Shown here piece after piece: positions 58,216 through 64,000 of a stretch of DNA of 64,000 nucleotides (position 1 is the stretch's first letter; the number at the start of each line of letters is the position of its first letter). Position numbers and translations under genes: made by a program. Source of the stretch: Lysobacterales bacterium (lineage in GTDB: Bacteria > Pseudomonadota > Gammaproteobacteria > Xanthomonadales > SZUA-5); NCBI GenBank assembly GCA_050250665.1, contig JBFWOF010000025.1:16530-80529 (forward strand), written 5' to 3'. The notes below the pieces were generated by a model that was given only the letters and a program-made list of their open reading frames with translations, was not told the origin of the DNA and made no database searches.

Positions 58216-58243
58216 CACAGGGGCTGCAGCCGCAGCCCCTGTG
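58216..58243 (+). terminator. 12-bp perfect hairpin 11 nt after the M16 stop (no U-tract)
   Basis: cacaggggctgc agcc gcagcccctgtg. Confidence 0.35.
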
Positions 58244-58698
58244 GGAGTCCCGGTCGCACCTGGCGGTGCGCTTATTCGCGCATCAAACCGTGCAGGTAGG
58301 TCTGCGTCTGTGGGAGCGGATTCATCCGCGACACCAGGCCCTGTAGAGCCAGAGCATCGCGGGCAGAGCCCGCTCCCACAGATCGCAGCCTGCTGTGGGA
58401 GCGGATGCATCCGCGACCGGCGATGCCAGCAGCAGCTGCTCCCGCTGTGAGCGTGTGCTCGACGCGGCGAAAGGGCGCCCCCGCACGTAGCCCCGCTCGC
58501 CTGAAGGAGCGCCCTTGCGGCGCGACCTCCATCCCACGCCACCCTGCCATCAGTCACGATGCCCGAGGTGACGATCGTCACTAATGCCCCGGCAGGATTT
58601 GCTGGAGCCTTGATCACACAGTGGCAAGTGGCCGAGTGCAAACCCGCGACGCCCAGCTGTGCGAGCATGTATGCATCCAAAGGTGACCGAACACATTC

Positions 58699-59936
58699 AT
58701 GAGTCAGACTGATCTGCTGGGCCAATTGCAAATCGACCGCAGCGCTCGCGATGAAGCGCCTCCACGCAGCGGCGGTGTGCCGTGGTGGGTGTTGCTGCTG
58801 GTGATCGCCGTCGGTGCCGGTGCCTGGTGGTTCCTGGGCCGCGCGCCTGCGGCGATCAGCGTCAAGACGGCGCTGGTGCAAGCAGCGAGCGCTGCTCCGG
58901 TGTCGAGCTCGGTGCTGGATGCCTCCGGCTATGTGGTCGCGCGGCGTCAGGCCACGGTGTCCTCGAAGGTCACCGGCAAGGTGGAAACCGTGCTGATCGA
59001 GGAAGGCATGCGGGTCGAGGAGGGCCAGATACTGGCGACGCTGGACGACACCCAGCAGAGCGCGCAGCTGGCGCTGTCGCAGGCCCAGCTGTCCAGCGCC
59101 CGCTCGCAGCTGGCCGAGATCGAGGCCAGTCTGCGCCAGGCCCAGGCCGACTACCAACGCCAGCAGGAAATCTACGCCCGCAAGCTGGGTACCGCGGCGC
59201 AGCTCGATGCCGCCCGGGCAGCCGCGGAGACCTTGAGCGCGCGACTGGCCAGTCAGCGCCGGCAGATCAAGGTGGCCGAGGAATCGCTGGCCTTGTCGCA
59301 GGTGTCGATGGATGACACCGTGGTGCGCGCACCCTTTGCCGGCGTGATCATTGCCAAGGCCGCACAGCCGGGAGAGATGATCTCGCCGATCAGCGCCGGT
59401 GGTGGCTTTACCCGCACCGGCATCGGCACCGTGGTCGACATGGATTCGCTCGAGGTCGAAGTCGATGTCAACGAGGCCTTCATCGGGCGCGTGCAGGACG
59501 GCATGCCGATCGAGGCCACGCTGAATGCTTATCCGGACTGGAAGATTCCGGGTGACGTGATTGCCGTGATTCCGGCGGCGGATCGCACCAAGGCCACGGT
59601 GCGGGTGCGCGTCAGCCTGGGGGTGAAGGATCCGCGGATCGTCCCCGAAATGGGCGTGCGCGTGCGCTTCCTGGAATCACGAGCCAAGGCCGATGAGCCG
59701 AAGAAGCCACAACTGAGTGGCGTGCTGGTGCCGAGGTCAGCGGTCGTGGAAGCCGAGGGCAAGGCCCGGGTCTATGTGGTCGAGAACGAACGCGCCAGTC
59801 TGCGCGAGGTCAGCGCCGGCGCCACCATTGCCGATTTTCGCAATATCACCGCCGGCCTTGTGGCTGGCCAGACCGTGATTGTCGACCCACCGGCAGATCT
59901 TGCCGATGGCGCCGCGGTCACCAAGGAGTCCAAGCC

Positions 59937-59940
<4 letters not shown>
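58699..59940 (+). CDS. HlyD/MacA-type periplasmic adaptor (membrane fusion protein)
   Basis: N-terminal TM, coiled-coil hairpin region, beta-barrel domain; ATGA overlap with the ATPase gene. Confidence 0.9.
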
Positions 59941-60635
<695 letters not shown>

Positions 60636-60645
60636 GGAGCAGATC

Positions 60646-61803
60646 ATGGGTTACATCCGACTCGTCTGGTCCAGCCTGTGGCGCAAGAAAACCCGCGCCA
60701 TCCTCACCTTGTTGTCGCTGATCAGCGCCTTTCTGCTATTCGGCTTGCTGCAGGCGCTCAGCGTCTTCTTCACCGCCGGTGCTGATTTTGTCGGTGCCTC
60801 GCGCCTCATCGTGCAGAACCGGGTGTCCTTCACCAGTTCGCTGCCGATGCGCATGCTGCCCGAGATCGAGGCCATACCCGGGGTCAAGGCGGTCAGCCAT
60901 GACCAGTGGTTTGGCGGTGTCTACGGCGAGAACACGCAAATGTTCACCTTCGCCTCGGATCCGGCACGGCTGCGACAGGTCTACCCGGAATGGGTGATGA
61001 CCGATGCCGAATGGACTGCTTTCGAGCAGACCCGCACCGGTGCCATCGTCGGTCGCATATTGGCCGATCGCTACAATCTGAAGGTCGGCGACAAGCTGCC
61101 GCTGAAGTCCAACATCTTTCCCCAGAAGGATGGATCGATGTCCTGGACCTTCGACATCGTCGGCATCTTCGACGGCAAGGACGCCGAATGGCAGGCGCAG
61201 ACCCAGTCGGTGTACATCAACCACGCCTACTTCGACGAGGCCAACCAGTTTGGCAGCATGGCCGGCACCTACGCGGTGGAACTGGAGGACGTGAACCGCG
61301 CCAATGAAGTGGCCCAGGCCATCGATGCGCGCTTCCTGAATTCGCCCAACGAGACCAAGACTCAGAGCGAGAAGGATTTCAACAAGGGTTTCTTCGCCCA
61401 GATCGGCGATATCGGGCTGATCGTCAGCCTGATCCTCGTCGCGGTGTTCTTCACCATCCTGATCCTGACCGGCAACACCATGGCTCAGGCCGTGCGCGAG
61501 CGCATCCCGGAACTCGCCGTGCTGAAGACTCTGGGTTTCCGCGATGGTCAGGTCACCGGGCTGGTGCTGGCGGAGTCCTTCTTTCTGTGCATGGTCGGTG
61601 GATTGATCGGCATGGGTCTGGCGGCGCTGACCATCACCGGACTTGGGCAGGCCGCACCCGGTTTCTTCGGCGCCGTGCGTGCCAACGGAACGGTCTGGAT
61701 GCAGGCGCTGCTGGCCATGCTGGCACTGGCGCTGGCCGTCGGACTGCCGCCGGCGATCCATGCCGGTCGTGTCAAGATCGTCGATGCACTGGCCGGACGC
61801 TGA
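60646..61803 (+). CDS. ABC transporter permease, FtsX/MacB type (first of two)
   Basis: GAGGAG upstream; MGYIRLVWSSLWRKKTRAILTLLSLISAF; large periplasmic loop then three C-terminal TM segments. Confidence 0.9.
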   Translation: MGYIRLVWSSLWRKKTRAILTLLSLISAFLLFGLLQALSVFFTAGADFVGASRLIVQNRVSFTSSLPMRMLPEIEAIPGVKAVSHDQWFGGVYGENTQMFTFASDPARLRQVYPEWVMTDAEWTAFEQTRTGAIVGRILADRYNLKVGDKLPLKSNIFPQKDGSMSWTFDIVGIFDGKDAEWQAQTQSVYINHAYFDEANQFGSMAGTYAVELEDVNRANEVAQAIDARFLNSPNETKTQSEKDFNKGFFAQIGDIGLIVSLILVAVFFTILILTGNTMAQAVRERIPELAVLKTLGFRDGQVTGLVLAESFFLCMVGGLIGMGLAALTITGLGQAAPGFFGAVRANGTVWMQALLAMLALALAVGLPPAIHAGRVKIVDALAGR

Positions 61804-61814
61804 GGAGAATCCGC

Positions 61815-62996
61815 ATGTTGAAGCAAATCCTTGAAATCGTCCTGATGAATCTGAAGACCATCCCCGAGCGCCTCGGCGCCTCGCTGGTCATCGTCGTCGG
61901 CATTGCCGGCGTGGTCGGCGTGTTCACCGCGCTGTTTGCGATGGCCGGCGGCATCGATTCCACGCTGCAGTCCAGCGGCGATCCGCGCAATGCGATGGTC
62001 CTGCGTGGCGGTTCGCAGGCCGAGCTGAACAGCTCGATGAGCCGCGAAACCTATGACATCGCCACCCAGGCGGTGGGCGTGCGCAAGGATGCCAACGGCG
62101 ATCCTGTGGCCTCGGGCGAGATCATCGTCATCGCCGAACTGCCCAAGAAGGGCGGCACGCTCGGCGCCAACATCACCCTGCGCGGCATTGGTCCGGCCGG
62201 ACTGGAACTGCGCCCCAAACTGAAGATCATCGAGGGTCGCAAGTTCACGCCCGGCCTGCAGGAGCTGCTGGTGGGCAAGGGCGCCGCCCAGCAGTTTGCC
62301 GGGCTGGAAGTCGGCAATACCGTGCGCCTGCGCGGCGGCGACTGGAAGGTCGTCGGCATCTTCGAGAGTGGCGATGCCTTCGACAGCGAGATCTTCACCG
62401 ACGCCGCCACCGCCCAGACTGCCTGGAGCCGTGGCAGCGGCTATTCGGTGGCGCTGATCGGACTGGAAAAGGCCGAAGACCTTGAGGCTTTCACCGAGGC
62501 ATTGAAAGCCGACCCGCGAGTGAGTGTCGACACCAAGCGCCAGACTGACTATTACGCCGAACAGACCCGTGCCACCAGCGGCGGCGTGCGCGTGCTCGGT
62601 ACCGCCGTGGCCGTGATCATGTGTCTGGGCGCGATGTTCGCGGCGCTCAACACCATGTACGCCTCGGTCTCGGCCCGCACCCGCGAGATTGCCACGTTGC
62701 GTGCGATCGGCTTCGGACCGCTGCCGGTGATCATCTCGGTGCTCACCGAAGCCATGATCCTGGCCCTGATCGGTGGTGTGATCGGGGCCCTGATTGCCTA
62801 TGTGTTCTTCAATGGCATGACCGTGTCCACGCTGGGCGGCAGCACCTTCACCCAGCTGGTGTTCAACTTCAAGGTCACCCCAAAGCTGGTCGTGACCGGC
62901 ATGGCGCTGGCCATGTTCATCGGCTTTCTGGGGGGATTGTTGCCCGCCGTACGCGCCGCCCGCATGCAGGTGACGACGGCGCTGCGCGAGGCTTGA
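61815..62996 (+). CDS. ABC transporter permease, FtsX/MacB type (second of two)
   Basis: GAGGAG upstream; MLKQILEIVLMNLKTIPERLGASLVIVVGIAGV. Confidence 0.9.
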   Translation: MLKQILEIVLMNLKTIPERLGASLVIVVGIAGVVGVFTALFAMAGGIDSTLQSSGDPRNAMVLRGGSQAELNSSMSRETYDIATQAVGVRKDANGDPVASGEIIVIAELPKKGGTLGANITLRGIGPAGLELRPKLKIIEGRKFTPGLQELLVGKGAAQQFAGLEVGNTVRLRGGDWKVVGIFESGDAFDSEIFTDAATAQTAWSRGSGYSVALIGLEKAEDLEAFTEALKADPRVSVDTKRQTDYYAEQTRATSGGVRVLGTAVAVIMCLGAMFAALNTMYASVSARTREIATLRAIGFGPLPVIISVLTEAMILALIGGVIGALIAYVFFNGMTVSTLGGSTFTQLVFNFKVTPKLVVTGMALAMFIGFLGGLLPAVRAARMQVTTALREA

Positions 62997-62999
62997 GAA

Positions 63000-63031
63000 G
63001 GGGATACGGGAAAGGGGGCACGGGGCACGGG
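63000..63031 (+). repeat. G-run block directly after the permease stop
   Basis: GGGGatacGGGaaaGGGGGcacGGGGcacGGG, starting 4 nt after the stop. Confidence 0.8.
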
Positions 63032-63074
63032 AAGTGCGAGAAACCCCCTGGCCCGGTCGCCCGCTTGGGCTGTT

Positions 63075-63148
63075 GTGTAGGTCCAGACTTGTCTGGACGC
63101 TTTCTCCGAACATCGCCAAGAGCGTCCAGACAAGTCTGGACCCACAAC
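63075..63148. repeat. REP-like pair (GTCCAGAC family)
   Basis: tgtgtaggtccagacttgtctggacgc ... gcgtccagacaagtctggacccacaac. Confidence 0.8.
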
Positions 63149-63272
63149 AGACGGCGCCCGCCCTTCTCCGCGGCCTCCGCGCCTGCGCGTGAGATCGCGT
63201 CTGCTGGCCCAGCAACCGACAACTAGCAACCAGGAGATACCGGCTTCGCCCGAACCGCTACGGCTTTACCGT

Positions 63273-63307
63273 GTCACGTAGCCGGCGCTGCCGGCAACGT
63301 GACCTAC
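63273..63307. repeat. REP-like unit (GTAGGTCACG family) overlapping the msrB stop codon
   Basis: gtcacgtagccggcgctgccggcaacgtgacctac. On the minus strand the GTAG head supplies the TAG stop of msrB. Confidence 0.75.
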
Positions 63308-63801
63308 GCCGCCGGTACAAACTTCAGCGACACCCCATTCATACAATAACGCAATCCGGTGGGCTTGGGACCGTCGGGGAAGACGTGACCCAGATGACCG
63401 CCGCAGCGGCGACAATGGACCTCGGTGCGGGTCATGAAAAAGCCGCGGTCCTCGCGGGTGCCGACGGCCTCGGGCAGGTGATCGTAGAAGCTTGGCCAGC
63501 CGGTGCCGGATTCGTATTTGGTACTGGCATCGAACAGCGGCAGATCACAGCCGGCGCAGTGAAATACACCCGGGCGCTTCTCGTGATTGAGCTCGCTGCT
63601 GCCGGCACGCTCGGTGGCTTCCTGGCGCAGCACGGAGAAAGCCTGCGGCGACAGGCGCTCGCGCCATTCCGCTTCGCTCAACTGAAATTCGAAAGTTTCG
63701 GCATCCCGCGCCGGGGCGCTCTTGCTCCACAAAGCCATGCTCATTCCTCCAGCGCCCAGGCTCAAGGCCGAGGCCAGCAAAGTACGTCGTTTCATCTTCA
63801 T
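63304..63801 (-). CDS. msrB: Peptide-methionine (R)-S-oxide reductase MsrB with twin-arginine signal peptide
   Basis: MKMKRRTLLASALSLGAGG (RR motif); CAGCDLPLF and CRRCGGHLGHVF zinc cysteines; catalytic RYCMNG. Confidence 0.9.
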   Translation of the reverse strand: MKMKRRTLLASALSLGAGGMSMALWSKSAPARDAETFEFQLSEAEWRERLSPQAFSVLRQEATERAGSSELNHEKRPGVFHCAGCDLPLFDASTKYESGTGWPSFYDHLPEAVGTREDRGFFMTRTEVHCRRCGGHLGHVFPDGPKPTGLRYCMNGVSLKFVPAA

Positions 63802-64000
63802 TCCGTCCCGATTCGCTCGGCTCTGCGCATTGAAGCGCGATGGCCGTCATGTGGATGTAGACCGGGAGGGTGGTGAGGGGCTTTCAAAGGCTGAGGGTAC
63901 GAGGGCGCGAGGGCACGCCAGAGCCAAGGCTGGCATGGCTGGACCTGTGGGAGCGGATTCATCCGCGACAGCTTCTGGCCTGGATGCAAGTCCTGATCGC

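Overview
Visibly GC-rich proteobacterial chromosome, probably a gammaproteobacterium of the Xanthomonadales/Nevskiales type (a guess from protein similarities recalled from memory). The window opens on the replication-initiation block gyrB<-recF<-dnaN<-dnaA, all on the minus strand. Two perfect DnaA boxes and an AT-rich tract lie in the dnaA-dnaN spacer. The rest is mostly housekeeping and envelope genes: transaldolase, GH13/GH31 alpha-glucan genes, a TonB-dependent receptor, hemF, an RluA-family synthase, Rep helicase, an M16 peptidase, a MacAB-like ABC exporter, QmcA/NfeD, MscS, pirin and MsrB. I found no rRNA, tRNA, CRISPR array, transposase, integrase or phage genes. Many long ORFs in the track are antisense or out-of-frame shadows typical of high-GC DNA, and several true genes start well inside the listed ORF (gyrB, dnaA, hemF, pirin, GH13 and others). 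Two things stand out. (1) A minus-strand cluster at 21253-25834 encodes an ECF sigma factor, a ChrR-like cupin without a zinc anti-sigma domain, a cupredoxin-like lipoprotein, a sensor that ends right after its HAMP domain, a DUF3034-type barrel and a Sec-exported truncated haemoglobin. This is my best candidate for an undescribed envelope redox or gas-sensing system, but the case is inferential. (2) Nearly every intergenic gap is filled with modular short repeats. These include at least ten GTAG/GTGG-headed REP-like palindrome families, perfect 7-bp microsatellites, G-quadruplex-capable blocks directly after stop codons, and MITE-like composites. No REP-associated transposase is in the window. 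A 19-bp perfect inverted repeat that covers the ribosome-binding site and start codon of the GH13 gene is a further regulatory oddity. All functional calls rest on motifs read by eye and remembered family features. No searches were run.
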